Positions 45,544 through 54,705 of a stretch of DNA of 64,000 nt are shown here, piece after piece. The notes beneath the pieces are model-generated. The model did not search any database and had not been told where the DNA came from. It worked only from the letters and a program-made list of their open reading frames with translations. The DNA is taken from assembly GCA_009015555.1 (NCBI GenBank), contig GCA_009015555.1_3613.1; one strand, 5' to 3'. The translations under genes and the position numbers were made by a program. The first letter of the stretch is position 1, and each line of letters begins with the position of its first letter. Source of the stretch: a phage.

Positions 45544-45905
45544 TACTTGTCTGTCTCCAGGATCTTACGCTCAGTAGCCAGATCACGGTTCTCCGCCAGG
45601 TCGTTTTCGAACTTACTCGGGTAACGAGCCTTCAGCTTGCGAATCACACGGTCCTGCTCTGCATCGAAGTCGGTGTTCAGTGCATCCATCGCCAGTGCCA
45701 GATACCACAGCAGGTCACCCATTTCCTCTTTCAGGTTGGTGGTGTCCAGAGGCTTGCCGTAGAACAGGGACTTCTTCAGGGCATCCTGGAACTCTGCCGC
45801 CTCGGTCACCAGACCCATTGAAGCGTGAATCAGGCGCGGGCCAACCGCGTCCAGATAAAAGTTGTGGGACTCGGTACGGATAGCATCTTTAATAAACTGC
45901 GACAT
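45543..45905 (-). CDS. mazG: MazG-like nucleotide pyrophosphohydrolase
   Basis: EEMGDLLWYLALA motif; start at ATG with RBS AAGGAG (track to 45944). Confidence 0.7.
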   Translation of the reverse strand: MSQFIKDAIRTESHNFYLDAVGPRLIHASMGLVTEAAEFQDALKKSLFYGKPLDTTNLKEEMGDLLWYLALAMDALNTDFDAEQDRVIRKLKARYPSKFENDLAENRDLATERKILETDK

Positions 45906-45959
45906 CAACTTCTCCTTTTCTGTTTCAGTGGGGCCATTATACATGACCCCGTTACACTG

Positions 45960-46400
45960 TCAACGACTTTTGTAAATCTTTTCTGCTTCTTCCCGGCGAC
46001 GTTCGTCACGGGCCTTCCTTTCGATGGCACACGCTTCCCGGTAGGCTTTCCGCCGGGCACCGCAGATACCTTCGACCAGACGCAGAACGCGATCCTGCTC
46101 CCAACGGTTCATCCAGTCGAGATCCCCGGAGACAACAGGGGAGCCGTGGAAGTTGTCACGGTAAAGGTACGTCTTCACCTTCCGTTCGTGGTCGAGGATC
46201 ACATAGTCCACAAAGTGGCTACAGCGGTCTCGGTCCGCTTGCGATGGGTTGTCGTACACTTCCAGCTTTTTGGCAGCGATCAATTCGAGAATCCGATTGA
46301 CCGGGGGCCGGGTCATGCGCCTTGGTGTCACGTACTTATCCCATGCCCATACGAGGACCAGAAGAATAAACAAACTTGTGCAGACCCAGAATCCCGTCAT
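45960..46400 (-). CDS. membrane-anchored hypothetical protein
   Basis: Track ORF; N-terminal TM helix. Confidence 0.55.
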   Translation of the reverse strand: MTGFWVCTSLFILLVLVWAWDKYVTPRRMTRPPVNRILELIAAKKLEVYDNPSQADRDRCSHFVDYVILDHERKVKTYLYRDNFHGSPVVSGDLDWMNRWEQDRVLRLVEGICGARRKAYREACAIERKARDERRREEAEKIYKSR

Positions 46401-47764
46401 TCCAGATCCTCCGCAATAGCCCGCAGCAGATCCAGCAGGGAGTCAGATGCCTCGATCACCTCTTCCAGGCTGTTAGCCTTGGTCTTGTCCATACGGATCT
46501 CGACGAACTTGTAGTTCAGACGAGGCAGGAACAGAGACTGAAGCTCTTTGGTTTCCGACTTCGTGATGTCGTTGGCCTTGATCGTGATGATCTGCCCGAT
46601 GAAGAAGTCCGCTGGCTTCTTACGAAGCGCGTCCGTCAAGCCGGAGCCGACGCCAACTTCCAGCAAGCCGTCACGAGTACGACAGATCAGTGCGCCGACG
46701 AGACTAGGATCTTTCTTGTGCGGCGTTGTAGCCACGACTTCCAGATCAACATCGAACTCGTTCTTCAACTTGACGCCTTTCTTCGTCTTGTTGTCGCCCC
46801 ACGGCATCTTCGCCTCTTTGAGGACGGTGCCCTCTTTCTTCTGGAGGCGCATTTCGATGAAGTGGTCGATCGCTTCCTTCAGGCTGTTGATCTTACGGCC
46901 CGTAACCATACGGAAGTTGTAACGGCGATCGACTTCCTGCACCAGCAGATCCGCCTCGATACGACGATCAGCGTAGTCGGTCTTCGACTTACGTGCGATG
47001 TACTCTTCCATCGTCACGATGTCCCAGATCACCAGGCGCACCAGATCACGATCGATGTCTGCCGGGTCTTGGTTCAGGTAGCCGTTGCCCTCAGCACGTT
47101 CCATCACACCATGCAGGCCATCATCGTCGATAACCAGACCTTCGCCATGTGCCACAAAGGCCCCACGGTTTTCTGCCGCCTGCATCAGGCGCTGCTCGAT
47201 CTCTTCCGGAGCACGGAAGTTCAGTTCCTTCCCGGAGCGGGAGCGGTAGATCACCTGCTCAGGCCACACCATGATGTCCGCATACAGGCCATCCATTTTC
47301 TCGTCGGAGAAAGCGCCCTTGTAGTTGAACTTACGCAGCAGATCCTCTTTGAACAGGGTGTAGCTCTGGTACGGAGGCTCCGTGATCAGGTCTTTCCACA
47401 CCTTATTGGTCAGAGTGGTCTGGATGCCGCACTCCAGATCTCGGTTGATGATCTTCAGAAGTGTGCCCGGCTCCTCGCAGGTCTGTACCAGTTGAGTCAT
47501 GTACGACTTCGCATCATCACCCGTGTAAACTCGCCCTGCGATGTTCTTCACCAACAGATCCACGCTTTCAGACAGCGGGGTAAGACCAGTCGTGAAGAAT
47601 GGAACCCGCAGTCCTCGGACGAAAAAGTTCAGTTCTTTGGAATATGCAACAGCGAAGGCTTGTTTCAGGCCATCGTTATCGGCATTCGCCCGCAGGATCG
47701 CTTCCTTCTCCTTGAGGGATCGGGTTGCAGACAACTCTGCGAGAATACTCGTTACGTTTGACAT
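46397..47764 (-). CDS. ATP-dependent DNA ligase (T4 gp30-like)
   Basis: KMDG adenylation motif, RDLECG, PHKKDP, DKTKAN blocks collinear with T4 ligase; RBS GAGGAG. Confidence 0.9.
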   Translation of the reverse strand: MSNVTSILAELSATRSLKEKEAILRANADNDGLKQAFAVAYSKELNFFVRGLRVPFFTTGLTPLSESVDLLVKNIAGRVYTGDDAKSYMTQLVQTCEEPGTLLKIINRDLECGIQTTLTNKVWKDLITEPPYQSYTLFKEDLLRKFNYKGAFSDEKMDGLYADIMVWPEQVIYRSRSGKELNFRAPEEIEQRLMQAAENRGAFVAHGEGLVIDDDGLHGVMERAEGNGYLNQDPADIDRDLVRLVIWDIVTMEEYIARKSKTDYADRRIEADLLVQEVDRRYNFRMVTGRKINSLKEAIDHFIEMRLQKKEGTVLKEAKMPWGDNKTKKGVKLKNEFDVDLEVVATTPHKKDPSLVGALICRTRDGLLEVGVGSGLTDALRKKPADFFIGQIITIKANDITKSETKELQSLFLPRLNYKFVEIRMDKTKANSLEEVIEASDSLLDLLRAIAEDLE

Positions 47765-47850
47765 TTGGTCTCCTCATTAACGCCACAATTGTAAGCCCGG
47801 CGAGCATTGCCCCACCGAGAATTAAGAATACCGCAAGAAATCGGATCGCG

Positions 47851-48237
47851 TCAAGCATTATCTGGTGACCAGAGTAACACTGATTCCTCGATCTCAAAAT
47901 CGTAGTCGTCCACATGACCAGACTCCCGGTCGATATGAGTGTGATAACTGCACGTCCAGCGATAAACACCAGGGTCCATGTCATCTACGTCCGGCGGCAG
48001 GCCAAGATACTCCGCCTCCGGGCCGTTGTCCATGATACCGGGATGCAGGTTTGGTGGGTCCAGCACGGTAACCCTTCCAGCATAATCCACCGCCACGATC
48101 CACACACTCCCGTGCGGGGAGTCATATTCCGGCTCTTCGTCAACCATGATCAGCATATCCTCGGTCTCCTCTACTGGAGGATTAAGGCACTTATCGATCC
48201 CGGCGTCAAGCCACTTTTCAGATAAACTCTTACCCAC
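47851..48237 (-). CDS. hypothetical acidic protein (128 aa)
   Basis: Track ORF. Confidence 0.5.
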   Translation of the reverse strand: MGKSLSEKWLDAGIDKCLNPPVEETEDMLIMVDEEPEYDSPHGSVWIVAVDYAGRVTVLDPPNLHPGIMDNGPEAEYLGLPPDVDDMDPGVYRWTCSYHTHIDRESGHVDDYDFEIEESVLLWSPDNA

Positions 48238-48496
48238 GAACCCACCCCTTCGATTTCATATACGCCTCCGCAGAGGGCCAGTTATTATCGACAACAGCCT
48301 TTAACCAATCATGGTCGAGTCCGTCATGTACATGCTCCGAGTACAGGTCGTCAATGGTCTCCAAGTGATCCTCTTGACCTTGGTCAACGAGATAATCACG
48401 GAGCGCCGTCACCCGGCGACCCAGCTTGCACGATTCGCAATCACACATCAACTTCCTCCACGACGCAAAGTCTTTGAGCGAGAACCCAAGTTCCAC
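48230..48496 (-). CDS. hypothetical protein (88 aa)
   Basis: Track ORF. Confidence 0.5.
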   Translation of the reverse strand: MELGFSLKDFASWRKLMCDCESCKLGRRVTALRDYLVDQGQEDHLETIDDLYSEHVHDGLDHDWLKAVVDNNWPSAEAYMKSKGWVRG

Positions 48497-48782
48497 CTTG
48501 TGACTCTGGTCTCTGGAATGTTCTGATCCCCTGAACCCTCACCTTGAACCACTTCCGAGTTTCCCCAGACTTCAGGTCGGTTTTCAGATGTGGGGCAACA
48601 GGTGCCAGTGTACAGTGCCAGCCGGGCCGCAGGGCGAATCCCTTTGTCGGGTGGGACTCTGCCTCCATCCACTGCCCAGGCACCACTACGAGCTTCCTGT
48701 TGATAAACAGAGGCCCTATCGTACCATCTTTCCGCACACGGAACAACTTGTATGCGGTTATTTCAAGACATATATCAGCCAT
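48441..48782 (-). CDS. hypothetical protein (start at ATG with RBS GGAG)
   Basis: Track ORF 48441..48860. Confidence 0.5.
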   Translation of the reverse strand: MADICLEITAYKLFRVRKDGTIGPLFINRKLVVVPGQWMEAESHPTKGFALRPGWHCTLAPVAPHLKTDLKSGETRKWFKVRVQGIRTFQRPESQGGTWVLAQRLCVVEEVDV

Positions 48783-49077
48783 CAATATGCTCCAGAACCA
48801 GAAGGTGTTTGCACCGCTTGTTGTTTGCCCAGACCAGAAGGGCCATGTCCATCCATGCAACCTGATCCGGGTCTCCGGCCACGGTTAAGTGCATGTTGTC
48901 ACAGTTCTGCCTTACTTTCGTCACAGTGAAGTCAATATTGGCCCGGTTCATCCGTTCCTCAAGATACTCCAACTGGTCGTTCAGATCAATACTCCATTTG
49001 TAAAATCGCGGTTTTTCTTGTGCCCGGTAGATCTCTTCCATTCGATCAACCACACCCTCCGCAAAGCTCAGTGTCAT
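48775..49077 (-). CDS. hypothetical protein (start at ATG with RBS GGGGG)
   Basis: Track ORF 48775..49137. Confidence 0.5.
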   Translation of the reverse strand: MTLSFAEGVVDRMEEIYRAQEKPRFYKWSIDLNDQLEYLEERMNRANIDFTVTKVRQNCDNMHLTVAGDPDQVAWMDMALLVWANNKRCKHLLVLEHIDG

Positions 49078-49292
49078 CCTACCCCCTTCATTCCCGCCCG
49101 GCACTCCGGGCAATACCAAACCCCGAGACCGGGGCATTCAGGATCTTCCACGTAATTATCAGGCTTATTCGATACAGTCACTGATTGACCGATCACCGCA
49201 CCCGGTATTTTGTAGAAACAGATATGCGGCCCAACACCATAGTGAGGGTATGAACCGTCTGCACAGTTACCACACATCGCGTTTCTTCCCAC
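49074..49292 (-). CDS. Cys-rich small protein (putative zinc-binding)
   Basis: Track ORF; CGNC...CPGLGVWYCPEC. Confidence 0.5.
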   Translation of the reverse strand: MGRNAMCGNCADGSYPHYGVGPHICFYKIPGAVIGQSVTVSNKPDNYVEDPECPGLGVWYCPECRAGMKGVG

Positions 49293-49494
49293 GAGGGTGC
49301 AGATCCATATCCACAGCCAAGAACGGATTCTTACGCGCCCAGCGCTCTTCTTTAGTCTCCAGCCCGTAGTTAAGATAGGACAACAACCAACGACCCAGCA
49401 CTATCGCCAACACAATGATTACGGCAAACACAACCAGATCCAATTCGCGTTGATTAAGACCGAAAGCCACAATATCATTCACACACTGTTTCAT
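49267..49494 (-). CDS. small membrane protein (75 aa)
   Basis: Track ORF. Confidence 0.5.
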   Translation of the reverse strand: MKQCVNDIVAFGLNQRELDLVVFAVIIVLAIVLGRWLLSYLNYGLETKEERWARKNPFLAVDMDLHPRGKKRDVW

Positions 49495-49775
49495 CAGATC
49501 ATCTCCATCGTAATCAGTACATTGTCGAGGTCATCAGCGTTAAGCTGGAGTTCAGGCTTCATACTATCTTCCACACGGTGATAAATCAACCCCTTTTCCA
49601 CATATTTGATCATCACCTCGTAATATTTCCCCAACAGGGTGTCCCATCCACACTCGTAAACAGACACCATACAGACTTTCAGGCCAGCTTTTGCTGAGTG
49701 CCATGCCTCACGCACAGCTTCCAGATGGGCTAATTCCAGTTCATCAATTTTATTACGCTGCTTATTACTTAACAT
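49494..49775 (-). CDS. hypothetical protein (93 aa); first gene of leftward block
   Basis: Track ORF; RBS GAGGG; promoter upstream. Confidence 0.55.
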   Translation of the reverse strand: MLSNKQRNKIDELELAHLEAVREAWHSAKAGLKVCMVSVYECGWDTLLGKYYEVMIKYVEKGLIYHRVEDSMKPELQLNADDLDNVLITMEMI

Positions 49776-49814
49776 TCTATAACCCTCATACGGTTGTCTC
49801 GTTTCAATGTGTGC

Positions 49815-49843
49815 ATTCTATGATCCAATGATCCTCTTGTCAA
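49815..49843 (-). promoter_or_regulatory. sigma70-like promoter driving the leftward gene block (TTGACA-17-TAGAAT on minus strand)
   Basis: Plus-strand ATTCTA and TGTCAA read as -10/-35 on minus strand with 17-nt spacer. Confidence 0.5.
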
Positions 49844-49859
49844 TACTTTAAATTTTAAA

Positions 49860-50010
49860 TTTTTCATGTAAGATCTATATAAAGATCCTAAAGATCAATA
49901 GGAATCTTCTATTGTTTTCTTGTTTTTAATAATTATTATGAATGTATATGAATAATAATTATAAGATCAATAATTTATGAGTGGAACGAATAAATTATAA
50001 GATTAATAAA
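49860..50010. repeat. AT-rich region with reiterated (T)AAGATC(A)ATA motifs and clustered GATC sites
   Basis: AAGATCTATATAAAGATCCTAAAGATCAATAGG, TATAAGATCAATAA, TATAAGATTAATAA. Confidence 0.45.
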
Positions 50011-50139
50011 ACCGTAGCCCGGAGGGCGAGCGTAGCGAGGTTTATAGATTCTATTATTACTTCGTGTGCCTTTCAGGGCTACATGGTTGACAACCGATTT
50101 GATTAATGAAACACTGGGTAGGGTTTCAAAGGAGGGTAT

Positions 50140-50508
50140 GTGAAGGATTTTGTTGTTCCAGAGGGTTCTTTTGTAAGCCTCCCTACTAAGTGGGGCTTCG
50201 ACTTGCCTGCTGAAGACCTGAAGCGGATGTTCTTGTTACATTTCCGATTCAAGTATTTTGCAGAGCAAGCGTTTCAGAGTGGTGAAGACGTTAGGCGTTG
50301 TTACTATGAGTCACAGGAGACCATGTGTCGCCTGTTTGGTATGTCTGAAGCATCAAGGACGAAGGTTGGAAAGTTTCTCAAGCGAATGGAGGCATCGGGC
50401 CACATTTCCATCATACGTGAGAAAGTAATGCTGTACGGTTCAATGAAGCCACGGCACTACATTGTGGTCAATGACCCTGTGCTATTGGAAAGGTATGGTC
50501 TTTCTTAG
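50140..50508 (+). CDS. hypothetical protein, possible winged-helix DNA-binding protein (GTG start)
   Basis: Track ORF; RBS AAGGAGGG; first rightward gene after AT-rich region. Confidence 0.5.
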   Translation: MKDFVVPEGSFVSLPTKWGFDLPAEDLKRMFLLHFRFKYFAEQAFQSGEDVRRCYYESQETMCRLFGMSEASRTKVGKFLKRMEASGHISIIREKVMLYGSMKPRHYIVVNDPVLLERYGLS

Positions 50509-50550
50509 ACTATCTGACTGAATCTTGATAAAATGGGGGCGGAGGAACTC

Positions 50551-51201
50551 ATGAACGAAATGCTTATGCTTGGGCAGGCCAAAGCTAAAGCTGGCCTGGA
50601 TATTGATTTTGAAGACGCCGAGATTGGCAGCACCACGATTGTGGACAAGAACGGACATCCTTTCACACTCGTTGGTACTATCGCGACTGGTGGTGGGGTA
50701 GTCGAAGACCCCGAGGTAGGGAAGTGCTTCTACTTCCCCGGTACGGGATACTTCGAAACCCCTATGGTAAAGGACCTTCAACTCGCTGGAGTACCTGTCA
50801 TGATCGAGGCGGTATTTAAGTGGGACGGTGCCGCAGGAGGGTCTATCTGGGAGACTGGGAACTACCCCAGTGGACGACCACCAACACCCGGCATTTGCCT
50901 TAGTGTTGGTCAATACCCTGCTACGTACATCCAGTATTTCATGATGTATACCAACGGGTCTTGGGGCCGTGGCCTACCTCCAGCTACAACCTTCACCGGG
51001 GAATGGGAGACTGTAACCTTCCAACGGTCAAATGATGGAACGGGACCAATGGTTGTTTATCGCGACGGTGCCGAGTTCTCCAGGGTTGCCTTGGGTCCAA
51101 GCCCGATCGGTAATGGAAGCAAGCTGTCGGTTGGCGGGTCGTACACATACGGTGCCTATTGGAAGGGACGCCTGAAAAGTCTTAAAATTACACCACTCTA
51201 A
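50551..51201 (+). CDS. hypothetical protein with lectin/LamG-like C-terminal pattern (tentative)
   Basis: Track ORF 50533..51201; start at ATG after GGAGGAA. Confidence 0.5.
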   Translation: MNEMLMLGQAKAKAGLDIDFEDAEIGSTTIVDKNGHPFTLVGTIATGGGVVEDPEVGKCFYFPGTGYFETPMVKDLQLAGVPVMIEAVFKWDGAAGGSIWETGNYPSGRPPTPGICLSVGQYPATYIQYFMMYTNGSWGRGLPPATTFTGEWETVTFQRSNDGTGPMVVYRDGAEFSRVALGPSPIGNGSKLSVGGSYTYGAYWKGRLKSLKITPL

Positions 51202-51203
51202 CA

Positions 51204-51234
51204 AAAGGCCCTTGACGGGGCCTTTTTCTTTTTG
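51204..51234 (+). terminator. rho-independent terminator
   Basis: AGGCCC-TTGAC-GGGGCCT followed by TTTTCTTTTT. Confidence 0.55.
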
Positions 51235-51269
51235 TAAGATCGCTTTACTTTAACTGAGAGGAGAGAGAT

Positions 51270-52160
51270 ATGATTCGTGCATATTTAGGCGGAAGTCAGT
51301 TGGACATCGAGTTCAGCACATTTGCCGGGGGCGAGAGAAACGTCCTCATCAAGGGTTTCCAATGGCCCAGTCCGTTCAATGCGGATCTGAAAGAGAAGAT
51401 GCCAGAAGGTAAAGACCTTGTTGTCTACGCCCATGTTGACAGTTCAGATGCCATCATGGACCTGCTGCTGTTTACCGACGCATTCAACCGCATGGGTCGA
51501 GGCACAGGCAACCAGGTGAAGAAGGTCTGTTATGTGCCATACATCCCGTATGCCCGTCAAGACCGAGTGATGGTTCCTGGAGAACCGCTGTCGTCGGCAG
51601 TGTTTGGAACACTTATCAACCTGTGTGGATTTGACCGTATCATTGTTGATGACCCGCACTCAGATGTGTCTCCGTCACACATCAAGAACGTTGCCATTTT
51701 CGAACAATATGAACTGGCCTTGGATATTCTTGGCCCGGGCTTCTTCGACGATGCCGTTATCGTAGCTCCGGACGCCGGGGCAATCAAGAAGGTCACGAAG
51801 TTGGCTCAGAAGGTCAACCACCGTGAAATCGGGGTTGGGACCAAGCATCGTGACCTTATGACCAATAACATCACTGACACGACTTATGCCGGGCCGGATG
51901 TTAATGGTAAGCGTGTCATCATGGTTGATGACATTTGCGACGGAGGTCGTACATTTATCGAGCTTGGTAAGGTTCTCCGTGCCAATGGTGCGAAAGAGGT
52001 TGTTCTGTACACCACGCACGGGATTTATTCCTACGGCGCGGATGTGTTTAAGGACGTTATTGATGAGGTTTACTCCGCCTATCCGTGGATGAAGAACCTG
52101 GAAGGCCGAAACGAAAATAATATTTTCAAATCTGTTGACAAGATGGTTGAGTTCAAGTAA
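51270..52160 (+). CDS. ribose-phosphate pyrophosphokinase (Prs)-like enzyme; candidate ADPR-pyrophosphate synthetase of a NAD+ reconstitution pathway
   Basis: PRTase type I motifs YARQDR, DPHS, VIMVDDICDGGRT; RBS GAGAGGAGAG. Confidence 0.85.
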   Translation: MIRAYLGGSQLDIEFSTFAGGERNVLIKGFQWPSPFNADLKEKMPEGKDLVVYAHVDSSDAIMDLLLFTDAFNRMGRGTGNQVKKVCYVPYIPYARQDRVMVPGEPLSSAVFGTLINLCGFDRIIVDDPHSDVSPSHIKNVAIFEQYELALDILGPGFFDDAVIVAPDAGAIKKVTKLAQKVNHREIGVGTKHRDLMTNNITDTTYAGPDVNGKRVIMVDDICDGGRTFIELGKVLRANGAKEVVLYTTHGIYSYGADVFKDVIDEVYSAYPWMKNLEGRNENNIFKSVDKMVEFK

Positions 52161-52211
52161 TATTCACAACGTTCCGGGGCACATTGCCCCAATTTAACTG
52201 AGGAGATTTAT

Positions 52212-54002
52212 ATGTTACATAACGACCTGCCTATCCTGTTTGCTGACTGGTACAAACCGAGCCATATTTCCATGTACAGCAAACAGTCTGAGATCGTACA
52301 AGACAACATGACCCCACGCTCAAGCAAACACTTTCAGCACTTTTCTGACAGTGACCAGCGCGTCATGTCTGCTGGCCTGCAAGGCTTTATTAAGTGGTTC
52401 CTGATTGAACACTTCAACCGTGAGTTCTTCGGTCGTCCGAAGGAAGAAGTTATCGGGGAGTTCAAAGAGATCTGTGACCTGGCGATCGGCCCAGACATGG
52501 TTGAAACGTGGGGCTTCGAAAAGCTGCATGACCTGGGCTATCTGCCTGTTGAAATCCGCGCCCTGCCGGAAGGTACTCTTTCTCCGGTACAAGTGCCTCT
52601 GTTCACAATTCAGAACACGCACCCGGACTTCTACTGGCTTCCTAACTACCTGGAGTCAGTGATCTCCTCTGAAAACTGGAAAACCGTAACTACGGCAACC
52701 ATTTTCTGGCAGTATCGTAAGCTGGCTGAACTGTGGGCGCAGAAAACCTGCGACAACAACCTGCACGTCCCGTTCCAGATTCATTGCTTCGCTTATCGCG
52801 GCCAGGCTGGCACTCACGATGCGGCCCAGTCTGAACTGGGACAACTGATGAACTCTCAGGGCACCGACACCATCCCGGCGATCCTGTATGCAAACCGTTA
52901 TTACGGTATGAAAGGCAAGTTCGTATCCGGCTCCATCCCGGCATCCGAGCACAGCGTTGCAACAACGAACATCGGGTTCATCATCGGACGCCTCCGTTCT
53001 GAGCATCCGGAAATGTCGCTGGATGACCTGCGTTTCCACGCAGAAGTCGAGTTCCTGCGCCGATACATCACTGAAATCTTCCCGAAAGGTTTCGTGTCTT
53101 ATGTCGGCGACAGTTATGACTGGTTCCGCCTGATCACTCAGGGTGTTCGTATCCTGAAAGACGAAATCATGGCCCGTGATGGTCGTGTGGTATTCCGCCC
53201 GGATTCCGGCGTACCGGAAGACATCATCTGCGGCACACTGGACTGGCGTAAGATTGAAGACCTCGACACGGCAGGTACTCTGGAACGCGCTGCCAATTGG
53301 GCACTGGAAAGTGCCGAAGATGAAGTTCGTGAGAACACCCCGCACGGTGAATGCGGTGATGAATCCGTTGAACGTTACTTCCTGTTCGATGGCGATCTGT
53401 ACCTGATGAAGGGTGAGATTGACTGGAACCGTCACGACAAAACGTATTACTACATCGACGGTCGCCGTGTTCTGTCTTACGAAAAGGCAGAACTCACTGA
53501 TGAGCAGAAAGGTTCTGTTGAACTGCTGTACGATGTGTTCGGTGGCGACCTGAACTCCAAAGGCTATCGTACTCTGGACACCCACGTCGGCCTGATTTAC
53601 GGTGACTCCATCACCGTTGCTCGCGCCAAAGAGATCTTCGAGCGCCTGGAAGCAAAAGGCTTTGCATCGAACAACGTTGTGTTCGGTGTCGGTTCCTTCA
53701 CCACCCAGTTCAACACTCGTGATTCTCTGGGTCAGGCAGTCAAGGCGACAGGCGCGGTTATTGACGGTCAGCAGATCATGGTCGTCAAAGAGCCTAAGAC
53801 CGACCTCGGCAAGAAGTCTGCTCAGGGCTTCCTGAAGGTTGTTCGTGGTGAAGACGGTGAACTGAAGCTGGTTGATAACCTCCAACTGGAGCAAGTCAAC
53901 GATACCGACAATGAACTGCGTGTGGTTTTCCGTGACGGCGTTCTGCTGGTTGACGAAACGCTGACTGAAATCCGTGAGCGTGTCACAGCAAACCTGAAAT
54001 AA
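52212..54002 (+). CDS. nadV: nicotinamide phosphoribosyltransferase (NAMPT/NadV)-like enzyme with ~100-aa insertion
   Basis: DWYKPSHI, PEG..VPLFTIQNT.PDFYWL, FAYRG, GTDT, SIPASEHS, YVGDSYD, FRPDSG, VFGVGSF collinear with NAMPT. Confidence 0.9.
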   Translation: MLHNDLPILFADWYKPSHISMYSKQSEIVQDNMTPRSSKHFQHFSDSDQRVMSAGLQGFIKWFLIEHFNREFFGRPKEEVIGEFKEICDLAIGPDMVETWGFEKLHDLGYLPVEIRALPEGTLSPVQVPLFTIQNTHPDFYWLPNYLESVISSENWKTVTTATIFWQYRKLAELWAQKTCDNNLHVPFQIHCFAYRGQAGTHDAAQSELGQLMNSQGTDTIPAILYANRYYGMKGKFVSGSIPASEHSVATTNIGFIIGRLRSEHPEMSLDDLRFHAEVEFLRRYITEIFPKGFVSYVGDSYDWFRLITQGVRILKDEIMARDGRVVFRPDSGVPEDIICGTLDWRKIEDLDTAGTLERAANWALESAEDEVRENTPHGECGDESVERYFLFDGDLYLMKGEIDWNRHDKTYYYIDGRRVLSYEKAELTDEQKGSVELLYDVFGGDLNSKGYRTLDTHVGLIYGDSITVARAKEIFERLEAKGFASNNVVFGVGSFTTQFNTRDSLGQAVKATGAVIDGQQIMVVKEPKTDLGKKSAQGFLKVVRGEDGELKLVDNLQLEQVNDTDNELRVVFRDGVLLVDETLTEIRERVTANLK

Positions 54003-54006
54003 TTTC

Positions 54007-54030
54007 AGCCGCCCTTCGGGGCGGTTTTTA
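54007..54030 (+). terminator. rho-independent terminator
   Basis: GCCGCCC-TTCG-GGGCGG followed by TTTTT. Confidence 0.6.
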
Positions 54031-54047
54031 ACTATCCGGAGGATGAA

Positions 54048-54206
54048 ATGAAACTGAATGAATCTCAGTATCTGGCGGCAAGAAAGGCGTTTGTGGAAAA
54101 TTCCGTATTCGATAATATCCGTATGTGGGTGGAAGATGGGCAAATGTCAGAGGATGAGCTTCGGGTGTTGATTGGAGAGATCTTCGCTCCCGTGGAGGTA
54201 GAATGA
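54048..54206 (+). CDS. small hypothetical protein (52 aa, MKLNESQYLAARKAF...)
   Basis: RBS GGAGG; ATGA overlap with next ORF; below track cut-off. Confidence 0.35.
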   Translation: MKLNESQYLAARKAFVENSVFDNIRMWVEDGQMSEDELRVLIGEIFAPVEVE

Positions 54207-54394
54207 GAAACCCAGTTGCACGAAACGACTTTAACCGGGCAGCAACGCACCCAGATCGCTCTAAGCGGCCTCAAAAGACTGTAGACGAGGGTTTGCTCGA
54301 CTACTTTGCAGAAAACGCTGAGAACGTCGCATACAGCGAATATGAACGTGCCTCTACAAACGCTCCGGGCGCTCCCCTTCCACCCGGGCGTTGA
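54203..54394 (+). CDS. hypothetical protein (63 aa)
   Basis: Track ORF. Confidence 0.4.
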   Translation: MRNPVARNDFNRAATHPDRSKRPQKTVDEGLLDYFAENAENVAYSEYERASTNAPGAPLPPGR

Positions 54395-54419
54395 CTATCA
54401 TTAAGTCCTCCAGTAAAAT
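54391..54419 (+). promoter_or_regulatory. sigma70-like promoter (TTGACT-17-TAAAAT)
   Basis: Upstream of ORF 54454. Confidence 0.4.
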
Positions 54420-54453
54420 GACCATATCACTTGATTAACTTACTGTTGGACTT

Positions 54454-54705
54454 ATGAATCCCTATAAACTCACTCTCAGCTTTATCACCCCTGATTACAC
54501 TTCTGAAGAACATTGTGAGCATTACCCTACCCTTCAAGACGCTCTCGATGACGCCGACGATTTAGCTTTCAGTACCGTCGGATTCCCTCTTGAGGATTGG
54601 CAAAGTGTTGACTTTGGTGAAGGTAATTACTTATACTCGTTTTACCCGAACGAGGTTGATAAAACCTCTCGCTATAAACTGGCAATCCTGAAGGAGGAAG
54701 TTTGA
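54454..54705 (+). CDS. hypothetical acidic protein (83 aa)
   Basis: Track ORF. Confidence 0.45.
   Translation: MNPYKLTLSFITPDYTSEEHCEHYPTLQDALDDADDLAFSTVGFPLEDWQSVDFGEGNYLYSFYPNEVDKTSRYKLAILKEEV

Noticed and set aside
47676-47984. 102-aa minus ORF with hydrophobic segment
   Set aside because: Overlaps the well-supported DNA ligase start (strong RBS at 47764) by ~90 nt in another frame and overlaps ORF 47851-48237; probably spurious, though a short membrane peptide cannot be excluded.
50087-50115. Plus-strand sigma70 promoter for the rightward block (TTGACA at 50087)
   Set aside because: No acceptable -10 hexamer at 16-18-nt spacing; rightward genes may use a phage-specific promoter.
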